64,000 bases of DNA from contig JBAYJE010000001.1 in NCBI GenBank assembly GCA_041665265.1, positions 35,081 through 99,080 of the forward strand. The letters run 5' to 3'. Below the pieces are notes generated by a model. The model made no database searches. It was not told the origin of the DNA and saw only the letters and a list, made by a program, of their open reading frames with translations. Made by a program: the position numbers and the translations under genes. Positions 9,140 to 17,643 of the stretch are shown here, in pieces; position 1 is the stretch's first letter; every line of letters starts with the position of its first letter. Source of the DNA: Minisyncoccota bacterium (GTDB taxonomy: Bacteria; Patescibacteriota; Minisyncoccia; UBA6257; GWB1-50-10).

Positions 9140-9243
9140 TGTATCCCGTAAGAAAATTAATAAGTATGAATTTTTCTAGAAAACTAAGATATTGTCGTAT
9201 GCGATTGTTCCTTGCCGAGGAATACAGACAGGTAATTTTTTAA
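9139..9243 (+). promoter_or_regulatory. Leader element C: motif ATGTATCCCGTAAGA starting a 34-codon uORF that overlaps the upstream stop (TAATG) and ends 4 nt before the eno ATG. Contains the 12-bp palindrome TTTTCTAGAAAA.
   Basis: Read directly. Confidence 0.4.
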
Positions 9244-9247
9244 CGAG

Positions 9248-10444
9248 ATGTATATAAAAGACATTCTTCTTCGCCAGATTTTTGACTCGAGGGGTGAGCC
9301 CACTATTGAGATAGGTGTACGAGATGCGGAGGGGTTTACTCATTATGCAGAAATCCCTTCAGGGAAGAGTAGGGGCGCACGAGAGGCGTCTGTGCTTAAT
9401 TTTGAGGAGGCACAAAAAGCAGTGAATCATATTAAAGAAAAGGTGGCTGCACACGATTTTAAAGGAGTGGGTGAAGTTGATGCATTTCTTCTTTTGCAAG
9501 ATCCCACACCTACCAAAGAAAAACTCGGTGGCAATGTACTCTTAGGTATTTCTATTGCAGCAGCACGCGGGTTTGCACATGCAGAAAAGAAAGAATTGTG
9601 GGAAGTTCTTCGAGAAGAATATTTTGGAGAAATTGAAAGTGATAAAGCTCCGCTCATTTTTTCTAATTTTATCAATGGTGGCGCGCACGCAAATAACAAT
9701 CTTGATATTCAGGAATTTCTTGTGATTGCACGAACGGATGATTCTATCGCGGCTACCATCAAAAAACTTATTGAACTTTATCGTGCGACGGGAGATTTTT
9801 TAAAGAAACAGTATACGTTAAAAATTATTCCTATTGGAGATGAAGGAGGATATTCCCTCGATTTTCCTGATAATAGTGAGCCGCTTGCTATGCTCGAGGC
9901 GCTTATTGATGAAAATGATCTTGAGCAAGAATGTATGCTCGGGCTTGATGTGGCCGCATCTCATTTTGGAGACAAGGGTGCGTATGTGTTTGAGAAAAAG
10001 GATTACACACGCGCAGCATTAGTAGGGCTTTATGAATCATATTTTAAAAAGATAAAACTTCTTTATTCAATTGAAGACCCCTTTGGTGAGAATGATCCCG
10101 AGGGATTCGTAGCACTTCGAAAAGCGGCGCCTAATAAGATAATAGTGGGGGATGATCTCACTACCACAAACCAGGCAGAGATTGAGATGCATACCGCAGA
10201 TGGTGCAGTGAACGGAGTAATTATAAAACCAAATCAGATTGGTACGATTTCTGAAACATGCGCCGCTCTTAAGGTGGCACGTATGCATGGTGCAAAGACT
10301 ATTGTCTCACATCGCTCGGGGGAAACAGAAGATGTATTTATTATTCATCTTGCAAAAGCAGCGAATGCTGATGGAGTGAAAATTGGAGCGCCTGCAAAGG
10401 AGAGATTATTAAAATTTAACGAATTAATTCGCTTGTATTCATAA
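9248..10444 (+). CDS. eno: Enolase (phosphopyruvate hydratase)
   Basis: SRGEPTIEIG N-terminus and SHRSGETED signature. 398 aa. Confidence 0.95.
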   Translation: MYIKDILLRQIFDSRGEPTIEIGVRDAEGFTHYAEIPSGKSRGAREASVLNFEEAQKAVNHIKEKVAAHDFKGVGEVDAFLLLQDPTPTKEKLGGNVLLGISIAAARGFAHAEKKELWEVLREEYFGEIESDKAPLIFSNFINGGAHANNNLDIQEFLVIARTDDSIAATIKKLIELYRATGDFLKKQYTLKIIPIGDEGGYSLDFPDNSEPLAMLEALIDENDLEQECMLGLDVAASHFGDKGAYVFEKKDYTRAALVGLYESYFKKIKLLYSIEDPFGENDPEGFVALRKAAPNKIIVGDDLTTTNQAEIEMHTADGAVNGVIIKPNQIGTISETCAALKVARMHGAKTIVSHRSGETEDVFIIHLAKAANADGVKIGAPAKERLLKFNELIRLYS

Positions 10445-10454
10445 ATAGAATCTC

Positions 10455-11135
10455 ATGTCATTTTTTTCCGTATCGTCTTTTATAGTTTCTTATCTTCCTC
10501 AGACAGTTTTTGTACTGGTTTTTTTATGCACACTTACGGTCTATGCATTTCGAAATTTGCCATTAAGGCTCAGGTTTGAGAAATTCCTTACGATGCGAGG
10601 ACTCGCGAGAACGATGATTTATTTCCGCATTATTTATGCGGGCATTCTTAGTACATTTCAATATTTTGTATGGGCAAATGGTGGTGGATTAGGCACTTTC
10701 TTTTTGAATGCGCCACTTGATGCAACAATACCAGTTTCTATTTTTAAATATGCTCCATGGATTTTTTCAAATTCATTCGGCTATTTCATTTTCTATTCCT
10801 GGGGGCGTTTTTGGTTAAATGCACTTCTTTCAGTTCTTGTGGCGTGGGCATTTTATAAATTACTTATTGTATTTAAGCGTTACAACGAGCGCTTTTTTGA
10901 AGAAGGGGAGACCGAGTTAGGATATGTAACCGCACTTCTTGCGGGATGGCCTCTTATTGTTATCTTCGTTCCTATTGTATTTTTTTGTGTGGTTCTTATA
11001 TCTATCTTCCGCCTTATTTTCTTTCGAGAAACACTTACCACGCTTGGATGGCCATTTCTTCTTAGTATTTTTGCCACCGCATTTATAGGAAGCACACTTC
11101 TTACCCTTCTTCATTGGGGAGTACTCAAGGTTTAA
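10455..11135 (+). CDS. Hypothetical polytopic membrane protein
   Basis: About 6 TM helices. Weak resemblance of GETELGYVTALLAGW to the A24 prepilin-peptidase GGGDvKLlaalG region, but the catalytic Asp residues are not conserved. Confidence 0.45.
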   Translation: MSFFSVSSFIVSYLPQTVFVLVFLCTLTVYAFRNLPLRLRFEKFLTMRGLARTMIYFRIIYAGILSTFQYFVWANGGGLGTFFLNAPLDATIPVSIFKYAPWIFSNSFGYFIFYSWGRFWLNALLSVLVAWAFYKLLIVFKRYNERFFEEGETELGYVTALLAGWPLIVIFVPIVFFCVVLISIFRLIFFRETLTTLGWPFLLSIFATAFIGSTLLTLLHWGVLKV

Positions 11136-11171
11136 AAAAAGAACCCTTTCATGTTTGTGAAAGGGTTTTTT
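11134..11171. terminator. Bidirectional intrinsic terminator (convergent genes)
   Basis: A-run, AACCCTTTCA-tgtttg-TGAAAGGGTT, T-run. Confidence 0.7.
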
Positions 11172-11174
11172 ATG

Positions 11175-11492
11175 CTACAGATGAAGGAAATATGATGATT
11201 GAGTGTTTAAAATTTCTCTGGAAAAGAAATCTATAAACGCTTTAAGAATCATAAATCCTCCAAGAATCGTGAGGGTGGCGGTTATTTTCTCCCAAAGCTC
11301 AAAAAAAGTTTCCTGTTGCCATTCAGTACCAGGCGTAAGAAACAGAGATCCCACGAGCGCAATTCCTGCGCCCACACATGCCGCGACAAGAATAAGTCCG
11401 GCAAGTATTGAAAAAAGATAATACAACCGCATTGCACAGTCGGCAATGCTCATACAAAACGAGGAAAGTAACTTTTTCATGAATACCTCCAA
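11175..11492 (-). CDS. Hypothetical small membrane protein
   Basis: 105 aa, three hydrophobic segments. Shares a bidirectional terminator with the upstream + gene. Confidence 0.45.
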   Translation of the reverse strand: MEVFMKKLLSSFCMSIADCAMRLYYLFSILAGLILVAACVGAGIALVGSLFLTPGTEWQQETFFELWEKITATLTILGGFMILKAFIDFFSREILNTQSSYFLHL

Positions 11493-11589
11493 ATAAAGTA
11501 AGTGGGCGATGATCTATTCATACAATACGCTTTTTATTGCTATCTGTCAACCATATGGAAAGAAACCATAATTTGCGTATAATTCAGAT

Positions 11590-12546
11590 ATGACACAAGT
11601 TGAACAATCATCGGTAGCGAAGGTATCGCCAAAAGATGTGTTTATCCATCTTCTCGCGATAATCACTCTCTACACGAGTGCAGTGAGCTTTCTCGTTTTG
11701 CTTTTTCAGGTGGTGAATATCTTTTTCCCTGATCCGGTGAGTGAGGGAGGATATTATGCATTGAGTTCTGCATACGGTTCGATGCGCTTATCACTTGCAT
11801 CACTTGTGGTGATGTTCCCGCTTTATTGTGTGACCACACGTTTTCTTAATACGTCATACAAGATTGAACCAGAGAAGCGCAATTTGAGAATTAGGAAGTG
11901 GCTTGTCTATTTTACGTTGTTTGTTGCAGCACTCGTGATTGCAGGGGACCTCGTCACGCTCGTGTACAATCTTCTTCAAGGCGAGTTTGCTATCAGGTTT
12001 TTTCTTAAAGTAATTGCAGTGTTTGCGGTTGCAGGATCTATTTTCTGGTATTACTTCCTTGATTTAAAAGATCAGAGAGAGGAGAGGGCGACAAAGGCCC
12101 TAGTTGTTGGGGTTATAGGATTCGTCGTACTTTGTATTGTTGGTGGATTTTTTATGGTGGGCTCTCCGAAAGAAGAAAGAATGAGAAAGGCTGATGAGAT
12201 GAGAATAGGAAATCTTCAGTATATTCAAAACGAGGTGGTAAATTATTGGCAGAATAAAGGAGTGTTACCTCAGAATCTTGAAGCACTTCGAGATGATTTG
12301 CGTGGAGTGAGTATTCCTCAAGATCCTGAGACGGGTAACGCGTATACATTCGAAGCAAAGGGTCCTGAGTCATTTGCACTGTGCGCGACCTTCTCTCTTC
12401 CAAGTTTTGAAAACACAGTAGGCTCTAAAGTTGCCGCACCCGTCCGTGTTTCTTATTTTGGTGCAGAAAGTTGGAAACATGAGGGAGGAAATCAATGTTT
12501 CACGCGCATTATTGATAAAGAGTTTTTTAAACCTTTGGCAAAATAG
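11590..12546 (+). CDS. Polytopic membrane protein with C-terminal type IV pilin-like (pseudopilin-fold) domain
   Basis: Five N-terminal TM helices, then a TM helix followed by ERMRKADEMRIGNLQYIQNEVVNYWQNKGVLPQNL...IPQDPETGNAYTFEAKGPESFALCATF, the hallmark of pilin/pseudopilin globular domains. Confidence 0.55.
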   Translation: MTQVEQSSVAKVSPKDVFIHLLAIITLYTSAVSFLVLLFQVVNIFFPDPVSEGGYYALSSAYGSMRLSLASLVVMFPLYCVTTRFLNTSYKIEPEKRNLRIRKWLVYFTLFVAALVIAGDLVTLVYNLLQGEFAIRFFLKVIAVFAVAGSIFWYYFLDLKDQREERATKALVVGVIGFVVLCIVGGFFMVGSPKEERMRKADEMRIGNLQYIQNEVVNYWQNKGVLPQNLEALRDDLRGVSIPQDPETGNAYTFEAKGPESFALCATFSLPSFENTVGSKVAAPVRVSYFGAESWKHEGGNQCFTRIIDKEFFKPLAK

Positions 12547-12551
12547 TGCTC

Positions 12552-12773
12552 ATGAGGATATTTGTACGAGTGAAGCCGAGCTCAAAAAAAGAGAACGTGG
12601 AGAAGCTTGATGAGACTCATTATACGGTCGCAGTACACGAACCTCCTCTTGAAGGGAAAGCAAACAAAGCGGTGGAGCGAGCGCTCGCTGAGTATTTTGA
12701 CATTTCTCGTTCTTCAGTAGAAATTGTATCGGGACTCACTTCAAAAATAAAAGTAGTTGAAATAGTTATATAA
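12552..12773 (+). CDS. DUF167 (YggU/UPF0235) family protein
   Basis: IFVRVKPSSKKENVEK...VAVHEPPLEGKANKAVERALAEYFDISRSSVEIVSGLTSKIKVVEI matches the DUF167 consensus. ATG used, 6 nt inside the GTG-start table ORF. Confidence 0.7.
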   Translation: MRIFVRVKPSSKKENVEKLDETHYTVAVHEPPLEGKANKAVERALAEYFDISRSSVEIVSGLTSKIKVVEIVI

Positions 12774-12779
12774 TACCTC

Positions 12780-14849
12780 ATGTCTTTATTTAAGCTTGTT
12801 TCTCCATTTGAGCCTGCAGGAGATCAACCGCGTGCAATCGCGGAACTTTCGATGGGTCTCAAAAAAAGAATGAAGCATCAGACGCTTCTTGGAGTAACTG
12901 GTTCAGGAAAAACATTTACAGTAGCAAATGTGATTGCTCGCGCAAATCGTCCTGCGCTTGTGGTAGCACATAACAAAACATTGGCTGCACAATTATGTAA
13001 TGAGCTCCGCGATCTATTTCCAGAAAATTCTGTGCACTATTTTGTTTCTTACTACGACTATTATCAACCAGAGGCATATCTTCCTACCTCAGATACCTAT
13101 ATTGGGAAGGAAGCGATGATTAATGAGGAGATTGATAAATTGCGCCACGCAGCAACCACCGCACTTCTTACGCGTAAAGATGTAATTGTGGTGGCTTCCG
13201 TTTCCTGCATTTATGGTCTTGGTGCGCCACAGGTATATAAAGAACATATTTTTCATTTGCGCACAGGTGAAACAATAAACCGCGCGGCATTTGTGAGAAA
13301 GTTAGTTGAGCTTCATTTTACGCGAACGAATTCAGATTTAGCGCGCGGCACGTTTCGTGTGCGGGGAGAGAATTGGGAAATCATGCCCACGGATCGGGAG
13401 ATTATTTACAACCTCGAAGTAAAAGAGGGAATTATTCAGCAAATTTATGAGGTGGATCCCGTAGAAGGTTTTGTACCTGGAAAAACTACTACGCTTCCTG
13501 AGGTAGTGATTGCGCCCGCAAAACATTTTATTACACTTGTGCCAGAGCGCGAACGTGCCACTCTCGCGATTAAGGAAGAGTTAAAACAACAACTCGCGCG
13601 CTTTGAAAAAGAGAAGAAGTTTTTAGAAGCAGAGCGACTGGAGCGGCGCACAAAATTTGACCTCGCGATGATTCGAGAGATTGGATATTGCAACGGTATT
13701 GAAAATTATTCGCAACATCTTTCAGGACGTGGTGCAGGACAACCCCCGGACACCCTTCTCGATTATTTTCCTGAGGATTTTATTACGGTGATTGATGAGT
13801 CACATGTGACCATCCCTCAGCTTGCAGGAATGCACGCAGGGGATGCCGCACGCAAGAAAACACTTATTGAGTTTGGATTTCGACTTCCCTCAGCCGCTGA
13901 TAATAGGCCGCTTACGTTTGATGAGTTTAACGCGCGAATTGGGCAGATTATTTATACCTCGGCAACACCAAGTGAGTATGAGAAGAAGAAAAGTGTTATA
14001 GAAAATAACGGACAGATTGTTGAGCAGGTTATTCGTCCAACGGGTCTCGTTGATCCGAAGGTGACCATTCTCCCCGCAAAGGGTCAGGTGCAGGATCTTA
14101 TTACTCGCATCGAGGCGCATGTGAATCCAAAAGAGGGATTAAAAGAACGAGTGCTTGTGACCACGCTTACAAAGCGTATGGCAGAAGATCTTTCTGCGTA
14201 TCTTGAGGAGAGGAATATTAAGGTGACGTATTTACATAGCGATATTAAGACACTCGATCGTATTAAGATTCTCACTCGTTTACGAAGAGGGGATATTGAT
14301 GTCCTCGTCGGAGTGAACCTCTTGCGTGAAGGACTCGATCTTCCCGAGGTTTCTCTTGTAGCTATTCTTGATGCAGATAAAGAAGGCTTCTTACGAAGTG
14401 AAACATCGCTTATTCAGACTATCGGACGTGCCGCACGTAATGTGCGTGGCGAAGTGCTTATGTACGCAGATAATATTACGGGGTCAATTGGACGAGCAGT
14501 TCGAGAAACAGAGCGCCGCCGAGTTATTCAGTTAGCATACAACGAAAAGCATGGCATCATCCCTACCACAATTATAAAAGAAATTAAGGATATCCTTCCG
14601 ACTGATAAAATCGCGAAACTCGAATTAAAAGTAGTTTCAAAATCAAAGAGGGGAATTGAGGGACTTTTGAAGGAGAAAGAGAGGGAAATGCGCGACGCTG
14701 CCGAAGAATTAAATTTTGAGCTTGCCACCATTCTTCGCGATGAAATACGAGTACTCTCCAAGGAATTAGAAAAAGCAAAGAAGGAAAAGGAAAGAGAGAA
14801 GAGGAAAGAGAAAAAAGGAAAAGAGGTAAATAAAAAAGGGAAAGCATAG
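12780..14849 (+). CDS. uvrB: Excinuclease ABC subunit B
   Basis: GVTGSGKTFTVANVI Walker A, helicase motifs, C-terminal UVR domain with lysine-rich tail. 689 aa. Confidence 0.95.
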   Translation: MSLFKLVSPFEPAGDQPRAIAELSMGLKKRMKHQTLLGVTGSGKTFTVANVIARANRPALVVAHNKTLAAQLCNELRDLFPENSVHYFVSYYDYYQPEAYLPTSDTYIGKEAMINEEIDKLRHAATTALLTRKDVIVVASVSCIYGLGAPQVYKEHIFHLRTGETINRAAFVRKLVELHFTRTNSDLARGTFRVRGENWEIMPTDREIIYNLEVKEGIIQQIYEVDPVEGFVPGKTTTLPEVVIAPAKHFITLVPERERATLAIKEELKQQLARFEKEKKFLEAERLERRTKFDLAMIREIGYCNGIENYSQHLSGRGAGQPPDTLLDYFPEDFITVIDESHVTIPQLAGMHAGDAARKKTLIEFGFRLPSAADNRPLTFDEFNARIGQIIYTSATPSEYEKKKSVIENNGQIVEQVIRPTGLVDPKVTILPAKGQVQDLITRIEAHVNPKEGLKERVLVTTLTKRMAEDLSAYLEERNIKVTYLHSDIKTLDRIKILTRLRRGDIDVLVGVNLLREGLDLPEVSLVAILDADKEGFLRSETSLIQTIGRAARNVRGEVLMYADNITGSIGRAVRETERRRVIQLAYNEKHGIIPTTIIKEIKDILPTDKIAKLELKVVSKSKRGIEGLLKEKEREMRDAAEELNFELATILRDEIRVLSKELEKAKKEKEREKRKEKKGKEVNKKGKA

Positions 14850-14862
14850 TGCTTTCCCTTTT
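14832..14862. terminator. Bidirectional terminator whose loop is the uvrB stop codon
   Basis: AAAAAA-GGGAAAGCA-TAG-TGCTTTCCC-TTTT. TAG at 14847..14849 is the uvrB stop. Confidence 0.7.
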
Positions 14863-14888
14863 GCTCTCGTAAGAGCGTGCATATTCAA

Positions 14889-15533
14889 TCACATTGTTGC
14901 GCGAATCCCTGCCATGACCGTCATGTTTCCTTTCGAGAATGTGTTATTGCCAAATTCTCGAAGGAGCAAGGTGCCATAAATGCGAAGGGGAGTGGGCAAG
15001 AATTTAAAATCAATTCTTGGACCAATTCCATATTTCGATTCGGCATATACGCCAGGAGCAATCCATGATGCAACGGGTACAAGGAGGATTCCTTGAAGCC
15101 AGGCACCTGTACCGCCACCATATTCTGCTGATGTGACGATAAGTATGGATTTGGTGTAGACATACTCACTCGCACTTCCAAGAAAGAAACTTCCACGTAC
15201 TCTCCAAAAACTGGTAGTGGGTGAATATTCTTGAATGCCTGCTTGTGCTTCTACACCGACCCATGTTGAAGGGCGCATCGCGACACCTACAAATCCCGCG
15301 CTTGGTAGAGGGTTTCCCCAGCCATTTCGCGAAAGGCGTCCATATGCGGTAAGACTTGTGACTTGATTCATCGTCTGTTTCACATAGCCTTCCATGCGAT
15401 AAGAACGTTGAGACAAACCGAATACATCTTTTGTTACAATTCCGCGCCCTTCAATGTACCACATGGTGTGTTGTGCAGAGACAGTGAATGTAACAACGAA
15501 TAAAAGTGCGAAAAGGGTTAGTGTCCTTTTCAT
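14889..15533 (-). CDS. Secreted OMP-like beta-barrel protein
   Basis: Signal peptide MKRTLTLFALLFVVTFTVSAQ. Alternating hydrophobic/aromatic beta-strand pattern. Ends in an aromatic-rich C-terminus. Confidence 0.5.
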   Translation of the reverse strand: MKRTLTLFALLFVVTFTVSAQHTMWYIEGRGIVTKDVFGLSQRSYRMEGYVKQTMNQVTSLTAYGRLSRNGWGNPLPSAGFVGVAMRPSTWVGVEAQAGIQEYSPTTSFWRVRGSFFLGSASEYVYTKSILIVTSAEYGGGTGAWLQGILLVPVASWIAPGVYAESKYGIGPRIDFKFLPTPLRIYGTLLLREFGNNTFSKGNMTVMAGIRATM

Positions 15534-15614
15534 ACGACCTCCAAATTAGTGTGATTAATAGTGTTATGAACTGTATGAATTATACTCTATTTTCAATAAA
15601 AAGTCAATAGTAGC

Positions 15615-15640
15615 AAAACCCACGCATAGTGCGTGGGTTT
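15615..15640. terminator. Bidirectional terminator with GCATAGTGC core
   Basis: AAAA-CCCACGCA-tag-TGCGTGGG-TTT. Confidence 0.65.
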
Positions 15641-15647
15641 GTATGTA

Positions 15648-15941
15648 TCAATTCCAATCATCCCAAAGTTCGTCGTGTTTCAAAGTGTCGGTACACCCTT
15701 CATGTGTCACGCGCCTTGATCGTTGGATTACTTGAGTGGAATCCGTGGGTTCAAGAGTGGTGTCAACATGTAGACGACGCGCATGTCGTTCATGACGAGT
15801 ATCAGGAATAGTGCGTGTGACTGCGGGGGGATTTGTGCGTAATTGATGTCGTTCGGCAACAGTGACGAAGATGTCAAAACACAGAATGGCCGCAATTGCA
15901 CACAGCGCTGCAAAGATAAGGAAGAGAACAAATGTTCTCAT
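15648..15941 (-). CDS. Hypothetical small membrane-anchored basic protein
   Basis: AGGAG SD 7 nt upstream of the ATG at 15941. N-terminal TM helix. Table ORF 15648..16034 trimmed to the SD-supported start. Confidence 0.45.
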   Translation of the reverse strand: MRTFVLFLIFAALCAIAAILCFDIFVTVAERHQLRTNPPAVTRTIPDTRHERHARRLHVDTTLEPTDSTQVIQRSRRVTHEGCTDTLKHDELWDDWN

Positions 15942-16027
15942 AAGAACTCCTGTTAAATGTGAGAAATAATGATCTGGCAACATTATATACAATATGTACC
16001 AATAAGTCAAGAGCAGCGAAGAAAATA

Positions 16028-16056
16028 TTGACAAATAAGGATTATTCTTTTATCAT
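16028..16056 (+). promoter_or_regulatory. Sigma-70-type promoter TTGACA-17-TATCAT for the T9SS-cargo gene
   Basis: Hexamers and 17-bp spacer read directly. AAAGGAG SD follows. Confidence 0.55.
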
Positions 16057-16109
16057 TGCCTCAGCTTTTTTACCATTCTTATTACTCATCTAATTAAAGG
16101 AGATACGCT

Positions 16110-17555
16110 ATGAAACGCGTTCTTGTAAGTTGTTTTGTGCTGTTCTTGTGTGCAATGAGTACGCAGGCACAGACATTCTCGTTGTTTTCACGCTTTGATA
16201 CATCACGAGTTTCAAGTGCCACTGTGTCGTATTCGGATACCGCATCGCAAGGGGCAACTGCATTTCGGTTTTCTCTTTCGACGCCCTACACTTCGGGCGC
16301 GCGATATGCAAAGTTCGACAAAATATATCCGACAACGCTTCCTACCCCACGAGGGGGAATTCTTGTGGATCTTATGGTGCCATCCTGGTGCGATAGTGTG
16401 CGTGTAGCGATTTCATTTTGCCTTGATTCGGTTGAGGTATTAAATTCGCCACTTACCATTGTCGCAAAGGGAGCATATCGGGAAGTTTATTTTCAATTTC
16501 CTGATACGCAGCGAACATTTAATCGATTGCGTGTGGCACTCTCATATCTGCCGGGTCGCTCAGGCGCCTACGTTCTTTTTATGGACAAAACGCGCTTGGT
16601 TACACCGACTGATACGATTTTATTTGATGGCGCAGAAAGTGATGTAATTTCTCCTGATCCGCCAACAAGTCTTGTGCTTGTGGCACCGACTAGTACCTCA
16701 GTAGTGATAGTTTCGGGTATTCCTGGGAATACGGATATCTTTGGAGGTGTTGCAGAACTCTCTACAAGTGCAAGTTTTACGAATCCAATTGTAAAAGCAT
16801 TTGTATGTAGTCACGGCGCACGCGATTCAGTTGTATTTACAGGACTTTCAAGTACCACTACGTATTATGGAAGAGTTATGTACATTGATTCGACGGGAAA
16901 TCGTTCACTCTATTCGGCAACCGCATCAGTCCAAACAGGGACATTATTGAATCCTCCTGATATGCCTACCTCACTTGGAGTCCAAAAAGTAGAACCAAGT
17001 GCAGTTACTTTCAGATTCAATTCACCTAGTGTGATTCAGAATGTGGAAGCGGTTATGGTTGAGTGTTCTGATGATATTACGTTTCCTCGTGATCGTGTGA
17101 TTATTATGTATGTTCCCATACTCGCACCGTCTACGTTGTATCTTGGAACATTTGGAGGACTTACCGGAAGCAGGACATATTATCTCCGCGCACGCTCAAA
17201 AGGAAAAGACAGTTCTTATTCGGCATACACTCCTGCCATTCCTGCACGTACAGTAGTGACGGGAGTTCTAAGTCTTGAGGGAAGTATTCCCACAACATTC
17301 ATACTTCAACAGAATTATCCCAATCCTTTTAATCCTGCAACACGCATTCGGTTTTCGGTGCCTGCATATGGCCCCGTACTTCTGGAGGTGTTTGACCTAC
17401 AGGGGAGACGAGTAGGCATAATTGCCGAGGGTATTTTTACTCCCGGGAATTATGAGGTTTCATTTAATGCAGACCATCTTGCCTCGGGTACCTATCTTTA
17501 TAGGATGCGCGCAGGAGAGGTGTCATACACTGCAAAGATGATACTTATGAGATAG
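16110..17555 (+). CDS. Secreted Fn3-repeat protein with C-terminal T9SS (Por) sorting domain
   Basis: Signal peptide MKRVLVSCFVLFLCAMSTQAQ. The C-terminus QNYPNPFNPATRIRFSVP...LEVFDLQGRRVG...GTYLYRMRAGEVSYTAKMILMR matches the Por_Secre_tail/TIGR04183 consensus. Confidence 0.75.
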   Translation: MKRVLVSCFVLFLCAMSTQAQTFSLFSRFDTSRVSSATVSYSDTASQGATAFRFSLSTPYTSGARYAKFDKIYPTTLPTPRGGILVDLMVPSWCDSVRVAISFCLDSVEVLNSPLTIVAKGAYREVYFQFPDTQRTFNRLRVALSYLPGRSGAYVLFMDKTRLVTPTDTILFDGAESDVISPDPPTSLVLVAPTSTSVVIVSGIPGNTDIFGGVAELSTSASFTNPIVKAFVCSHGARDSVVFTGLSSTTTYYGRVMYIDSTGNRSLYSATASVQTGTLLNPPDMPTSLGVQKVEPSAVTFRFNSPSVIQNVEAVMVECSDDITFPRDRVIIMYVPILAPSTLYLGTFGGLTGSRTYYLRARSKGKDSSYSAYTPAIPARTVVTGVLSLEGSIPTTFILQQNYPNPFNPATRIRFSVPAYGPVLLEVFDLQGRRVGIIAEGIFTPGNYEVSFNADHLASGTYLYRMRAGEVSYTAKMILMR

Positions 17556-17563
17556 TCATCGAG

Positions 17564-17592
17564 CCTCCGCATAGTGCGGAGGTTTTTATTTT
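17564..17592 (+). terminator. Intrinsic terminator with GCATAGTGC core
   Basis: CCTCCGCA-tag-TGCGGAGG plus TTTTTATTTTTT. Confidence 0.7.
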
Positions 17593-17605
17593 TTAAAAAG
17601 AAAAC

Positions 17606-17634
17606 TTGACCAAATACTAAGGATGTTTTAATAT
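17606..17634 (+). promoter_or_regulatory. Promoter TTGACC-17-TAATAT, 9 nt upstream of the Fn3 gene ATG (leaderless-like)
   Basis: Read directly. The ATG at 17644 leaves essentially no 5' UTR. Confidence 0.5.
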
Positions 17635-17643
17635 TTGGCCGAC

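Noticed and set aside
15942-16034. Longer version (to 16034) of the small minus-strand ORF 15648..15941. The same applies to 25944..26072 for the zinc-ribbon ORF.
   Set aside because: Internal ATGs are preceded by good SD sequences. The upstream extensions would overlap neighbouring promoters or genes.
17635-17643. TTG start of the Fn3 surface protein ORF.
   Set aside because: The TTG lies directly on the promoter -10 (TAATAT). The ATG at 17644 begins a canonical signal peptide.
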